64,000 nt of DNA, taken from contig BTUM01000040.1 of assembly GCA_045863235.1 (NCBI GenBank), positions 1 to 64,000 of the forward strand, written 5' to 3'. The stretch comes from Candidatus Xenobia bacterium. GTDB taxonomy: Bacteria > Vulcanimicrobiota > Xenobia > Xenobiales > QWHO01. The first letter of the stretch is position 1. Every line of letters starts with the position of its first letter. A program made the translations under genes and the position numbers. Of this stretch, positions 24,914 through 34,401 are shown piece by piece. The notes under the pieces were generated by a model. That model saw only the letters and a program-made list of their open reading frames with translations, had not been told where the DNA came from and searched no databases.

Positions 24914-26893
24914 GTGAAGCGGGAGACGCCCCCTCAGGCGGACTTGATGAGCCGGACCCTGGCCAGGAAGCTGGTCAGGCTGGCCGGCTTGAGCCTGCTT
25001 CTCAGCCTGGTGCTGGCCTACTACCTGAGCACCCTGCCCTTCGGGTTGGTGGCCCTGGCGGCGCTGACCCCATTCTGGCTGGGGCTGTTCGGCCTGCTTT
25101 TTCGGAACCTCACCCGCCAGGTCTTCTCCCCGCTGAACCATTACCTGGCCCGTCTGGGCAAGAGCGACGAGCCCATCCCTCCCTATCAGGAGTTCGAGTT
25201 CCTCAGCCAGCGCATCAAACGAGCCGAGGCCTTCGAGGCGGCCGCACGCGTTGAGAAGGACGAAGCCGTCGCTCGGACCGAGAAACACCTGCTCAAACGC
25301 ATCCAGGAACTGCAGCAGGTGCACCAGCTGCTGGAGGTCTTCGGTCGCAGCCTGGAGTTGCGGCTTCTGGCCGAGATGGTCCTGCAACAGAGCTCCGAGC
25401 TCGTACCGCTGCACAGGGCCACCCTTTACATCCTGGAGGATGACGGCCGATTTCGCCTGGAAGCCGTCCGCGGATTCAGCCCGCAAGAGGCGGAAGCGCT
25501 CGGTCGGGTCACGCTCACCCAAGAATCCCCCGGGTTCTCCGAGCTGGCCCGCTCGAGCGATTTCCTGCGCGTCGAGCGCCAGCCCCTGGCCGAGCAGCCC
25601 CTGCTGAAGGGCCGCTTCGCCGCCGATGAGAAACTGGTGGCCTATCAGGCCGTGCCGCTGGTGACCACCGGCACGCTGCAGGGATTCTTCGAGCTCTTCC
25701 CTCAAAACAACGAGCCGCTCAGCTCGGAGGTGCAGGAGCTGTTGCTCAGCCTGGCCCGGGTGATGGGGGTGGCGGTTCAGAACTGGCGGCTCTACGCCCA
25801 GGTGCGTAAAGAGAAGCAATCCAGCGAAGCCATTCTCGAGCACATGGCTGACGGCGTCTTCACTTTGGGCCGCAAGCTCGAGCTGACCAGCTTCAACCAG
25901 GCCGGCGAGCGCATCACAGGTTGGTCGCGCGGCCAGCTGCTGGGCAAGAGTTTTGCCGACGTCTTCGGCGACCTGGAGGGCCATCGCTATCTCGCCGACG
26001 TGCTCGCCGGTCGCCAGCCGGCCACGACCTTCGAGCGCCAGGTTTCGGTGCGGGACGGGCTCAAGAAGATCGTGGCCTTCAGCCCCTCGGTGCTCGACCC
26101 CGACGTGCAGCACGACGACCGGACAGCGCTGATCGTGGTCTTCCGCGACATCACCCGGCTGCGCGAGCTGGAGATGCTGCGGGGCGACTTCACGGCCACG
26201 CTCTCCCACGAGCTGCGCACCCCCATCACCTGCATCAAGGGCTACCTCCACAACATGATGCACAAGAAGTATCGCTTCGAGCCCGAGACCACCCGCAGCC
26301 ACCTGGGCATCATCAACACCCAGGCCGACCGGCTCAACCGGCTCATCCAGGATCTTCTGGAGGCTGCTCGCCTCGACAGCCAGGTGCTCGAGGTTCGCAC
26401 CCGCAATATCGACCTGGCAGCCCTGGTCTCGCGCGTCGTGGACAACTACCGGCTCAAGGAGCCCGACCGGGTGCTGCGCTGGGAATCGCCCGGCGAGCTA
26501 GCGGCCAGTTGCGATCCCGAGCAGATCCGCTATGTGCTCGATCATCTGCTCTCCAATGCCGTGAAGTACTCCTCCGAGGGGGGCCTGGTGGAGGTGACCT
26601 GCGAGCGGCACGGCGACCTGTACGCCATCAGCGTGCGCGACGAGGGCTGCGGCATTCCCTTCGACCATCAGGAGAAGATCTTCGAAAAATACCATCGAGT
26701 GGAGATCGGCAACACGCGCTCTCACTATGGCGTCGGGCTCGGGCTCTTCATCGCCCGCAAGATCGTGGAAGCCCACGGAGGTCAGATCACCGTCCAGAGC
26801 GCTCCCAACTGTGGCTCCACCTTCCTGTTCACGGTACCCGCCTCGGAGGCAAAAGAAGAAGGCCGGCAACCGCCGGCCCCTTCTGCCGCCTGA
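24914..26893 (+). CDS. Membrane sensor histidine kinase (TM-GAF-PAS-HisKA-HATPase)
   Basis: SHELRTP, NAVKY, DEGCGIP, GVGLGLFIA. Confidence 0.93.
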   Translation: MKRETPPQADLMSRTLARKLVRLAGLSLLLSLVLAYYLSTLPFGLVALAALTPFWLGLFGLLFRNLTRQVFSPLNHYLARLGKSDEPIPPYQEFEFLSQRIKRAEAFEAAARVEKDEAVARTEKHLLKRIQELQQVHQLLEVFGRSLELRLLAEMVLQQSSELVPLHRATLYILEDDGRFRLEAVRGFSPQEAEALGRVTLTQESPGFSELARSSDFLRVERQPLAEQPLLKGRFAADEKLVAYQAVPLVTTGTLQGFFELFPQNNEPLSSEVQELLLSLARVMGVAVQNWRLYAQVRKEKQSSEAILEHMADGVFTLGRKLELTSFNQAGERITGWSRGQLLGKSFADVFGDLEGHRYLADVLAGRQPATTFERQVSVRDGLKKIVAFSPSVLDPDVQHDDRTALIVVFRDITRLRELEMLRGDFTATLSHELRTPITCIKGYLHNMMHKKYRFEPETTRSHLGIINTQADRLNRLIQDLLEAARLDSQVLEVRTRNIDLAALVSRVVDNYRLKEPDRVLRWESPGELAASCDPEQIRYVLDHLLSNAVKYSSEGGLVEVTCERHGDLYAISVRDEGCGIPFDHQEKIFEKYHRVEIGNTRSHYGVGLGLFIARKIVEAHGGQITVQSAPNCGSTFLFTVPASEAKEEGRQPPAPSAA

Positions 26894-26912
26894 GACGAGA
26901 GCTTCTCAAGCT

Positions 26913-27263
26913 CTATTCTTCTTCGTCATCGTCCTCGTCGTCAAAGTCATCATCCTCATCGTCGTCGTCGTCGAAGTCGTCGTCATCATCGTCGTCCCAA
27001 TCTTCGTCGTCGTCGTCGTCATCCCAATCGTCGTCATCATCGTCCTCATCGTCCTCATCCTCATCCTCGTCCTCGTCGTCCCAGTCGGACAACTCGGGCC
27101 AGGTCGGCTCGATGGACTCTTCCCAGAACTCGCCAAAGCTCAAGTTATTCAAGTTTTGCTCCTTTTCCCGGGACTGAACATTGCGTCGAATCGGCTTGGC
27201 ACGGGGGTTGCTCGGCCGCCCGGGGCGATATGCTGACCGTGCAGTTCCTGCTGATGACTCCAT
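26913..27263 (-). CDS. Small protein with extremely acidic Asp/Glu C-terminal tract
   Basis: AGGAGG RBS before ATG; GAY/GAR codon run of about 55 residues. Confidence 0.7.
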   Translation of the reverse strand: MESSAGTARSAYRPGRPSNPRAKPIRRNVQSREKEQNLNNLSFGEFWEESIEPTWPELSDWDDEDEDEDEDDEDDDDDDWDDDDDDEDWDDDDDDDFDDDDDEDDDFDDEDDDEEE

Positions 27264-27340
27264 CTCCTCCTGGTTGAAAACTTTTTCGCCGCCTTGTTCG
27301 GAGGGACGGTTCCAAAGCCGGGTCGAACGGCGCTGGCGCC

Positions 27341-29890
27341 ATGGATACCAGCAAGCTCACCCCCCTCTTCATCCAGTACTTTGACCTGGCGGCGGCCCAT
27401 CCCGACTGCCTGCTCCTGATGCGCGTGGGCGACTTCTTCGAAGCCTACGGCCCCCACGCCGAGACCCTGGCCAGAGACCTCGAGATCGTGCTGACCTCCA
27501 AGGAGTGCGGCGATGGGCGCACTGCCATGGCCGGGGTGCCCTTCTTTGCCCTGGACACCTACCTGCGCTTGCTGATTCAAAAAGGCCACCGAGTGGCCAT
27601 CGCCGAGCAGATGGAGGATGCCAGGCAGGCCAAGGGGCTGGTGAGGAGAGAGGTGATCCGGGTGGTCACCTCGGGCACCATCCTCGACCCGGCGATGCTC
27701 GAGGAGCAGAGCCACAACTTCCTGCTCTGCCTGGCCTGCAGGGGCGGCGAGGCGGCCCTGGCCGCGGCCGACATCTCCACCGGTTACTTCGTGGCCACCG
27801 AGCTTTCTCGTGATAGCGAGCGGCTCTTCGAGGAGGCGGCCCGCTTCCGGCCGGCCGAGGTGCTGGTGCTTGGCGGCGACGAGATGCTCTCGGGCGTGGC
27901 CGCCCGCCTGGGGGTGGCTACCCAGCGCCTGAGCGAAGAGCCGCAGGCCGAGAAGCAGTTGCTGCGCCAGTTCCATCTCACCTCACTGCACAGTTGCGAC
28001 CTGGTCGACCGACCCGCGGCTGTGCTGGCGGCCGCCGGGCTGGTGAGCTACCTCAAATCGACCCAGGGCTCGCAGGCCCTCAGCCTGGACCCGCCCCGAG
28101 GCTATCGCCTGAACGCCCACATGGTGCTCGATCAGACCTCGCGCCGCAATCTCGAGCTGACCGAGACCCTGCTCGGGCGCGAGCGCAAGGGCAGTCTCCT
28201 GTGGGCCATCGACGCCACCTGCACCTCGATGGGGGCGCGGGTGCTCAAGGATTGGATGCTGCGCCCCCTGCTCGAGCTGGCCGAGATCGAGGAGCGGCTC
28301 GAGGCCGTGGAGTACCTGGTGCATGACTACGCCCGTCGCAGCGAGCTGCGCGAGGACCTGGGAAAGGTGCTGGACGTGGAGCGCCTGCTCTCGCGCGTGG
28401 TCTACCAGTCGGCCAACGCCCGCGACCTGCTGGGCCTGGCCCAGTCCCTGCAACGCCTGCCCCACATCCACACCGTGTTCTCCGGCACCCCGCTGGAGGA
28501 GCGCACTCAGCCCCTGGCGGCCCCCGAGCTGGCCGAGTTGGAGGCCCTTCTCTCCCGGGCCGTGGCCGAGGAGCCCCCCCTCTCGCTGCGCGAGGGAGGG
28601 CTGATCCGAGATGGCTACTGCGCCGAGCTGGACGAGCTGCGCTCCTTGCGCTCCAATGCCCGCGAGTGGATCGCCTCGCTGGAGGCGCGCGAGCGCGAGG
28701 AGAGCGGCATCAAGTCGCTCAAGGTGGGCTTCAACCAGGTGTTCGGCTACTACCTCGAGGTCACCCGCACCCACCTCAAATCGGTTCCCGAGCACTACAT
28801 CCGCAAGCAGACCCTGGCCAATGCCGAGCGTTACTTCACTCCCGAGCTCAAGGAGTTCGAGTCCAAGGTGCTCGGTGCCGAGGAGCGCATCCGCGAGCGC
28901 GAGTATCAGCTCTTCCTCGAGTTGCGCGCAGCGGTGGCCGAGCAGGCCGTGCTGTTGCGCCAGGCAGCCCGGGCCGTGGCCGAGCTGGATGTGCTCGGTA
29001 GCTTCGCCGAGAAGGCGGTGCGCGAGCAGTGGACCCGTCCCCAGCTGGTGGCCGACTGTGGCCTGGAGCTGGAGGGAGCGCGCCATCCGGTGGTGGAGCT
29101 GGGGCTGGAGTCGGGCTTCGTGCCCAACGACTGCAAGCTGGCCCCCGACCGGCGCCTCTTGATTCTCACCGGGCCCAACATGAGCGGCAAGTCCACCTAC
29201 CTGCGCCAGACCGCCCTCATCTCGGTCATGGCCCAGATGGGCTCGTTCGTACCGGCCCGGGCGGCCCGGCTGGGGGTGGTGGATCGGGTCTTTACCCGGG
29301 TGGGCGCTTCGGACGACCTGCACCTGGGCCAGTCCACCTTCATGGTGGAGATGAGCGAGACGGCCAACATCCTCCACCACGCGACCCCGCGCTCGCTGGT
29401 CATCCTGGACGAGATCGGGCGCGGCACCAGCACCTTCGATGGGCTGGCCCTGGCCCGGGCGGTGGCCGAGCACCTCCACAACCAGACCGGAGCCATGACG
29501 CTGTTTGCCACCCATTTTCACGAGCTGACGGCGCTGGAGAAAGAGCTCTCCGCCTGCCGCAACTACCGGGTGGCCGTGCGCGAGAACCGCGACGACATCG
29601 TGTTCTTGCACCGCATCGTGCCGGGCGGGGCCGACCGCAGTTACGGCATCTACGTGGCCCAGCTGGCCGGCTTTCCAGGGGAAGTGCTGGAGAGGGCCCG
29701 GGCCATCCTGGAGGCCCTCGAGCGCGGTCGCGGCCGACCAGCCTCGCGCCGCGGCGCCGACCAGATGGATCTGTTCGGCAACGATCTGGAGCGGGCTGTG
29801 CGCGAGGCTCCGGTGGAGCAGATGAGCGGGGAGGAAGCCCTGGAGCTGCTGGCGCGCCTCAAGGAGAGTCTGGCCTGCAGGAAGTCCTGA
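27341..29890 (+). CDS. mutS: DNA mismatch repair protein MutS
   Basis: GDFFEAY, TGPNMSGKST, STFMVEM, DEIGRGTSTFDG, ATHFHEL, SYGIYVA; QMDLF clamp-binding motif. Confidence 0.97.
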   Translation: MDTSKLTPLFIQYFDLAAAHPDCLLLMRVGDFFEAYGPHAETLARDLEIVLTSKECGDGRTAMAGVPFFALDTYLRLLIQKGHRVAIAEQMEDARQAKGLVRREVIRVVTSGTILDPAMLEEQSHNFLLCLACRGGEAALAAADISTGYFVATELSRDSERLFEEAARFRPAEVLVLGGDEMLSGVAARLGVATQRLSEEPQAEKQLLRQFHLTSLHSCDLVDRPAAVLAAAGLVSYLKSTQGSQALSLDPPRGYRLNAHMVLDQTSRRNLELTETLLGRERKGSLLWAIDATCTSMGARVLKDWMLRPLLELAEIEERLEAVEYLVHDYARRSELREDLGKVLDVERLLSRVVYQSANARDLLGLAQSLQRLPHIHTVFSGTPLEERTQPLAAPELAELEALLSRAVAEEPPLSLREGGLIRDGYCAELDELRSLRSNAREWIASLEAREREESGIKSLKVGFNQVFGYYLEVTRTHLKSVPEHYIRKQTLANAERYFTPELKEFESKVLGAEERIREREYQLFLELRAAVAEQAVLLRQAARAVAELDVLGSFAEKAVREQWTRPQLVADCGLELEGARHPVVELGLESGFVPNDCKLAPDRRLLILTGPNMSGKSTYLRQTALISVMAQMGSFVPARAARLGVVDRVFTRVGASDDLHLGQSTFMVEMSETANILHHATPRSLVILDEIGRGTSTFDGLALARAVAEHLHNQTGAMTLFATHFHELTALEKELSACRNYRVAVRENRDDIVFLHRIVPGGADRSYGIYVAQLAGFPGEVLERARAILEALERGRGRPASRRGADQMDLFGNDLERAVREAPVEQMSGEEALELLARLKESLACRKS

Positions 29891-29897
29891 GCCTATC

Positions 29898-29932
29898 GAT
29901 GTATATTTTTTTGTATGAAAAACATGCACATC
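29898..29932. promoter_or_regulatory. Imperfect inverted repeat, likely TA autoregulatory operator
   Basis: GATGTATATTTTTTT / AAAAACATGCACATC, 12/15 complementary, overlapping the antitoxin start. Confidence 0.5.
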
Positions 29933-30166
29933 ACTTTGTCCGAAGACTGGTTGGGTCGGCTTGACGAGTTGAGCCACCGGCTCGAGCGGAGCCGAACCAC
30001 CCTGGTCCGGGAGGCCGTGGTGGAGTATGTGCTCAGGCGCGAGCGCGAGATGATCGAGGACGAAATGGGCCGATACGCCGAGGAAATGGGCCCGGCCAGC
30101 AATGAGTTCACCCGGTGGACGGAAGCTGAGGTCCACCGAATGCTCCATGAGCATACCGAATGGTAA
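29915..30166 (+). CDS. Ribbon-helix-helix (CopG-like) antitoxin
   Basis: MHITLSEDWLGRLDEL...SRTTLVREAV; overlaps toxin start. Confidence 0.85.
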   Translation: MKNMHITLSEDWLGRLDELSHRLERSRTTLVREAVVEYVLRREREMIEDEMGRYAEEMGPASNEFTRWTEAEVHRMLHEHTEW

Positions 30167-30522
30167 GAGGCGACATCTGTTGGGTCCGCCTCGAGCCTCG
30201 GTCGGGGTCCGAGCAGGCAGGAATGAGGCCCTGCGTCATCGTTTCCCATGCTCGATTCAATCAGGCTCGTGCCTGGATGAGCATTACCGTGGTTCCCCTG
30301 ACCTCCTCGACACGGTGGCTGAGCGCTTCGCCCACGACCGTCCTGTTGCGTGCCGGCGAGGCAGGCCTGAACAAGGATTGCGCGGCTCTTGCCCACCAGA
30401 TCACCACGGTCGACCGGTCGAAACTGGTCGTGCCCCCGCTCGGACAACTCCCATCTGCCCGAATCATCGAGCTCGACCGGGCGCTGGCCAGCTACCTCAA
30501 CCTTCCCAGTCCTCCACGGTGA
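30160..30522 (+). CDS. mazF: MazF/PemK family toxin
   Basis: RGDICWVRLEPRSGSEQAGMRPCVIVS, VVPLTS, QITTVDRSKL. Confidence 0.93.
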   Translation: MVRGDICWVRLEPRSGSEQAGMRPCVIVSHARFNQARAWMSITVVPLTSSTRWLSASPTTVLLRAGEAGLNKDCAALAHQITTVDRSKLVVPPLGQLPSARIIELDRALASYLNLPSPPR

Positions 30523-31030
30523 GCGCCCAGCGCTCGTGGTCGGTCCACTGCCCGGCGATCCGCAGGTAGCGGGGCGAAAAGCCTTCCTTCTTGAAGCCGC
30601 AGCGTTGGATCACTTTCAACGAGGCCAGGTTGGTAGGCACGATGTTGGCCTCCAATCGGTGCAGCCGCAGCACCTTGAAGGCATGGCGCACGGCCAGAGC
30701 CACCCCCTCCGTGGCGTAGCCCTGCCCCGCGAAGGGCTGCCCCACCCAGTAGCCCAGGTAGGCCGATTCGAAGTTGCCCCGCACCAACTGGTTGAAATTG
30801 ACCTGGCCCACCAACAGGTTGTCGGCGCGACGGATCATGAGGTAGGCATCCCGCCCCAACTGGCTCTGGAAGTCGCTTGCGTCCGGCGGACGATAGCCGG
30901 ACTCGGGCCACGGCTCCCAGGGGCGGTGCAACTCGATGCTGACCCGCTTCAAATCGAGCCACTCGCCCCGGTCTTCCGGGCACAGACGGCGCAGCATCAG
31001 CCGCCGACCCCACTGACAAGAGTTGATCAT
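30497..31030 (-). CDS. RimJ/RimL-family GNAT acetyltransferase
   Basis: AYLGYW, GQGYATEGV, LHRLEANI, NLASLKVIQRCGF; start at 31030 or 30997. Confidence 0.9.
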   Translation of the reverse strand: MINSCQWGRRLMLRRLCPEDRGEWLDLKRVSIELHRPWEPWPESGYRPPDASDFQSQLGRDAYLMIRRADNLLVGQVNFNQLVRGNFESAYLGYWVGQPFAGQGYATEGVALAVRHAFKVLRLHRLEANIVPTNLASLKVIQRCGFKKEGFSPRYLRIAGQWTDHERWALTVEDWEG

Positions 31031-31105
31031 CTGGGAAGGACTTGTCGGCCCAGAACATAAACATCCTGTTCGACTTCGCGGAATTTTCAAGGAGCTGGCC
31101 AGAGT

Positions 31106-32203
31106 ATGGATCTCATGCAGATGATCTTGTGGGGTGTGGTGGCGCTGCTTTTTTGCATGGTCGCTTACTTCTACCTGCAGCAGAAGAAAGCCGACTACAA
31201 GACCCGAGCGCTGATCAAAGTGATCGAGGCCTCCCAAGAGCTCGGCTCCTCGGCCACCATCGAAAAGGTGATGCAGGTCGTCTGCGACATGGTCAAAGCC
31301 CTGTTCAAGGCTGACAACGTGGCCGTCTACCTGCTCGACGAAGAGAACCCCGACCAGCCCGTGTTACGCGCCAAAGGAGTCCAATCGGCCCACGCCGATA
31401 CTTTCACCGACTTCAACCCCGAGGTCACCAGCTCCACCCTGTGGGTGGTCATGAAAGAGCGCAAGGGCGTGCTCTTCTCCGATTTCAAGGATCAGGCCCA
31501 GAACGAGAAGGCGCTGGCCAAGGGCACCGATCTCCGCTCGGTGATGATGAGCCCGCTGATGTTCGAGAGCAAGGCCCTGGGCGTCATGCTCGTCAGCTAT
31601 CACCAGCCAGGCAGGTATTCTCAAGAGGTCTTCGGCCTTTACAGCATGATGGCCAACCAGGTGGCCCTGGCGGTGCGCAACGTGCAGCTCCAGCTGGGCA
31701 TGGCCGCCCTGGCCATCACCGACTCGCTCTCGGGCCTCTACACCCACGGTTACTTCCAGGACCACCTCGGGAAGGAAGTGACCAAGGCCAAGTACGCCAA
31801 CCAGAGCTGCGCCCTGATGATCATGGACATGGACTTCTTTAAGAAGGTCAACGACAACTATGGGCACCCGCAGGGCGACGCGCTGCTCAAGCAACTCGGC
31901 GGGGTGATCAAGTCGGTCACCCGTCCCATGGACACGGTCTGCCGCTATGGCGGTGACGAGTTCACCATCACCATGCCCGAGACCAACCGCATTTCTGCCG
32001 TGGTCGTGGCCGAGCGCATCCGCCAGGCGGTAGAAGAATACGAGTTCGTGCTCGGCTCCAACATCGTGCACATCACCGTGTCGGGCGGGGTGGCCGCCTT
32101 CCCCGAGGACGCAACCACCAAGAAGGAATTGCTCGAGAAGGCCGACCAGGCGATGTACGAGGCCAAGCACAAGGGGCGCAACAAGGTCTGCTTCGCCGCC
32201 TGA
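31106..32203 (+). CDS. Membrane-anchored GAF-GGDEF diguanylate cyclase
   Basis: DFFKKVNDNYGH, RPMD I-site, RYGGDEF. Confidence 0.95.
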   Translation: MDLMQMILWGVVALLFCMVAYFYLQQKKADYKTRALIKVIEASQELGSSATIEKVMQVVCDMVKALFKADNVAVYLLDEENPDQPVLRAKGVQSAHADTFTDFNPEVTSSTLWVVMKERKGVLFSDFKDQAQNEKALAKGTDLRSVMMSPLMFESKALGVMLVSYHQPGRYSQEVFGLYSMMANQVALAVRNVQLQLGMAALAITDSLSGLYTHGYFQDHLGKEVTKAKYANQSCALMIMDMDFFKKVNDNYGHPQGDALLKQLGGVIKSVTRPMDTVCRYGGDEFTITMPETNRISAVVVAERIRQAVEEYEFVLGSNIVHITVSGGVAAFPEDATTKKELLEKADQAMYEAKHKGRNKVCFAA

Positions 32204-32212
32204 GGCGATCGC

Positions 32213-33319
32213 ATGTTCATCAGCCCCGGCAGCCTGCCACACTTGCTTTCTCCTCGCGCTTACTGGTGCTCCGAGCAGTATGAGCAGGAGCGAAAGCTGC
32301 TGGCCTCGGCCTGGCACCTGGTGGGCACCACCGCCGACCTGGCCCGACCCGGCGATTTTCTGACCTGCGACCTCTTCGGCGCCCCGGTGCAGGTGCGTAA
32401 CTTCGACGGGCGACTGCGCGCCCTCTCCAACGTCTGCGCCCACCGGCACAGCTTGCTGACCGACCGGGCCCGGGGCAATTCGAAGGCCATGCGCTGCCAG
32501 TATCATGGTTGGGAGTACGGCCCCTCGGGCATTACCCGGCGCATCCCTGCGCCCGAGAACTTCGTCCCGATGCCAGAAGAGCGGCCCTGCCTGCCGGCCT
32601 ACCAGCTGGAGACCGCCGGGCAGCTGGTCTTTGTGCGCCTGTCGAGAGAAGGGCCGAGTCTGGCCGAGCAGCTCGGGCCCCTGCACCCTCTCTGCGCTCA
32701 ACGCTTTGGCGAACGGTGGCGTCCCTTCCTGACCTGGGAGCCCGACTACGAGGCCAACTGGAAGGTGCCCGTGGAGAACTCGCTGGAGGCTTACCACGTA
32801 CCCTGCATTCACGCCCGCACCTTCAAGGAAGACCCGGGCGAGGGGCGCAGCGCCCACCGGCTCGAGTCAGGCCACACCTCGTTCAAGACCCGTCTCCCGT
32901 TTGCCCACTCCAGGATTGACGAATGGTTCCAGCGTTGCGAGAGCTGGGTCACCCGTCGCCTGACCGGCGAAAGCAGAGGGGAATACTGGCAGCATCACGT
33001 CTTTCCGAATCTGCTCTTTTCCTTCACCGACGCCGTGAGCCTCTGCCAATGCATCCTACCCACCGGTCCCGCGACCTGTCGCGCTGTGGTGCGCCAGTTC
33101 AGCCCCGAAAAGCCATTCGGCTCCAGATTGGAAACGGGTTTAGCCCACACCTGGGGGAAGCTGAAAGCAGCCATCACCCGCCAGGTCCTCGAGGAAGACC
33201 GGGCTATTTTCAAGAGCATCCAAAGGGGCCTCTCAGCCAGCCCGCATCCGGGCTTGCTCGGGCGCTGCGAGGAACGCATCCACGCCTTTCAGGGATACCT
33301 CCAGAACAGCCTTTCCTAG
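32213..33319 (+). CDS. Rieske non-heme iron oxygenase alpha subunit
   Basis: NVCAHR...CQYHGW; NWKVPVENSLEAYHVPCIH; EED. Confidence 0.92.
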   Translation: MFISPGSLPHLLSPRAYWCSEQYEQERKLLASAWHLVGTTADLARPGDFLTCDLFGAPVQVRNFDGRLRALSNVCAHRHSLLTDRARGNSKAMRCQYHGWEYGPSGITRRIPAPENFVPMPEERPCLPAYQLETAGQLVFVRLSREGPSLAEQLGPLHPLCAQRFGERWRPFLTWEPDYEANWKVPVENSLEAYHVPCIHARTFKEDPGEGRSAHRLESGHTSFKTRLPFAHSRIDEWFQRCESWVTRRLTGESRGEYWQHHVFPNLLFSFTDAVSLCQCILPTGPATCRAVVRQFSPEKPFGSRLETGLAHTWGKLKAAITRQVLEEDRAIFKSIQRGLSASPHPGLLGRCEERIHAFQGYLQNSLS

Positions 33320-33399
33320 CGCCATTGTAACGGGCCGTGGACCGGCGCTTGAGCCTGGCAACGAGGAATCTCGCCTCCAGGTCCGAAAAGACTGCGCCC

Positions 33400-34401
33400 A
33401 TGAACGTCCTCGTGACCGGCGGAGCCGGGTATATCGGCAGCAATGTAGCAGCCCAGCTTCTCGAAGCGGGTCATAGCGTTACAGTCCTTGACAATCTCTG
33501 CGCAGGCCATCGAGAAGCCGTGCCCCGGGGAGCGGAACTGATCGTCGGCGACCTGCGCGAGCGCGACGATGTGCTTTCTCTCTTCAGCGAACATCGCTTT
33601 GAGGCCGTCCTGCACTTTGCTGCCTGGGCCTCTGTGGGAGACTCGATGCTCTCTCCCGAGGGATATTTTCGCAACAACCTGATAGGCAGCCTCAATCTCC
33701 TTGAAGGCATGCTGCTCGGGCAGGTCAAGAAAATCGTCTTCTCCTCGACCTGCGCCGTTTACGGGGTCCCGGAACGTCTGCCCATCGTGGAAACTCTGCC
33801 TCGGCGGCCCTCCAACCCCTACGGCTTGAGCAAGAAGGTGGTGGAGGAAGCGCTGGAGTGGTATGCCGAGATCCACGGCTTGCGTTTCGCCTCTCTTCGC
33901 TACTTCAATGCCGCCGGGGCCACCCCCGAGCGCGGGGAAGACCACACCCCCGAGACGCACCTGGTTCCGATCGTGCTCCAGGTCGCGCTGGGACAGCGCC
34001 CTCACGTGGAGTTGTACGGGGATGACTACCCCACCCGGGACGGAAGCTGCGTACGCGATTACATCCACATCCTGGATCTGGCCAGCGCCCACACGCTGGC
34101 CCTCCAGGCCCTGGCCGAAAAACCACGCATCATCTGCAACCTGGGCACTGAGACCGGTTCGAGCGTCCTCGAGGTCATCGAATGCGCTCGTCAGGTCACC
34201 GGGCATCCCATTCCAGTCAAGCTCTCTCCCCGCCGACCTGGCGACCCGCCCACTCTGGTGGCCGACAGCTCGCTGGCTCGACGCGAGCTGGGCTGGGAGC
34301 CAGAGCATACCACCCTCGAGCCGATCATTCGCTCGGCCTGGGATTGGCATCGCACCCATCCTCAGGGCTACGCGAGCGAGGTTGGCGCCGCTTCTGCCTG
34401 A
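33400..34401 (+). CDS. galE: UDP-glucose 4-epimerase
   Basis: VTGGAGYIGS, YGLSK, LRYFNAAGA, DGSCVRDYIH. Confidence 0.95.
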   Translation: MNVLVTGGAGYIGSNVAAQLLEAGHSVTVLDNLCAGHREAVPRGAELIVGDLRERDDVLSLFSEHRFEAVLHFAAWASVGDSMLSPEGYFRNNLIGSLNLLEGMLLGQVKKIVFSSTCAVYGVPERLPIVETLPRRPSNPYGLSKKVVEEALEWYAEIHGLRFASLRYFNAAGATPERGEDHTPETHLVPIVLQVALGQRPHVELYGDDYPTRDGSCVRDYIHILDLASAHTLALQALAEKPRIICNLGTETGSSVLEVIECARQVTGHPIPVKLSPRRPGDPPTLVADSSLARRELGWEPEHTTLEPIIRSAWDWHRTHPQGYASEVGAASA

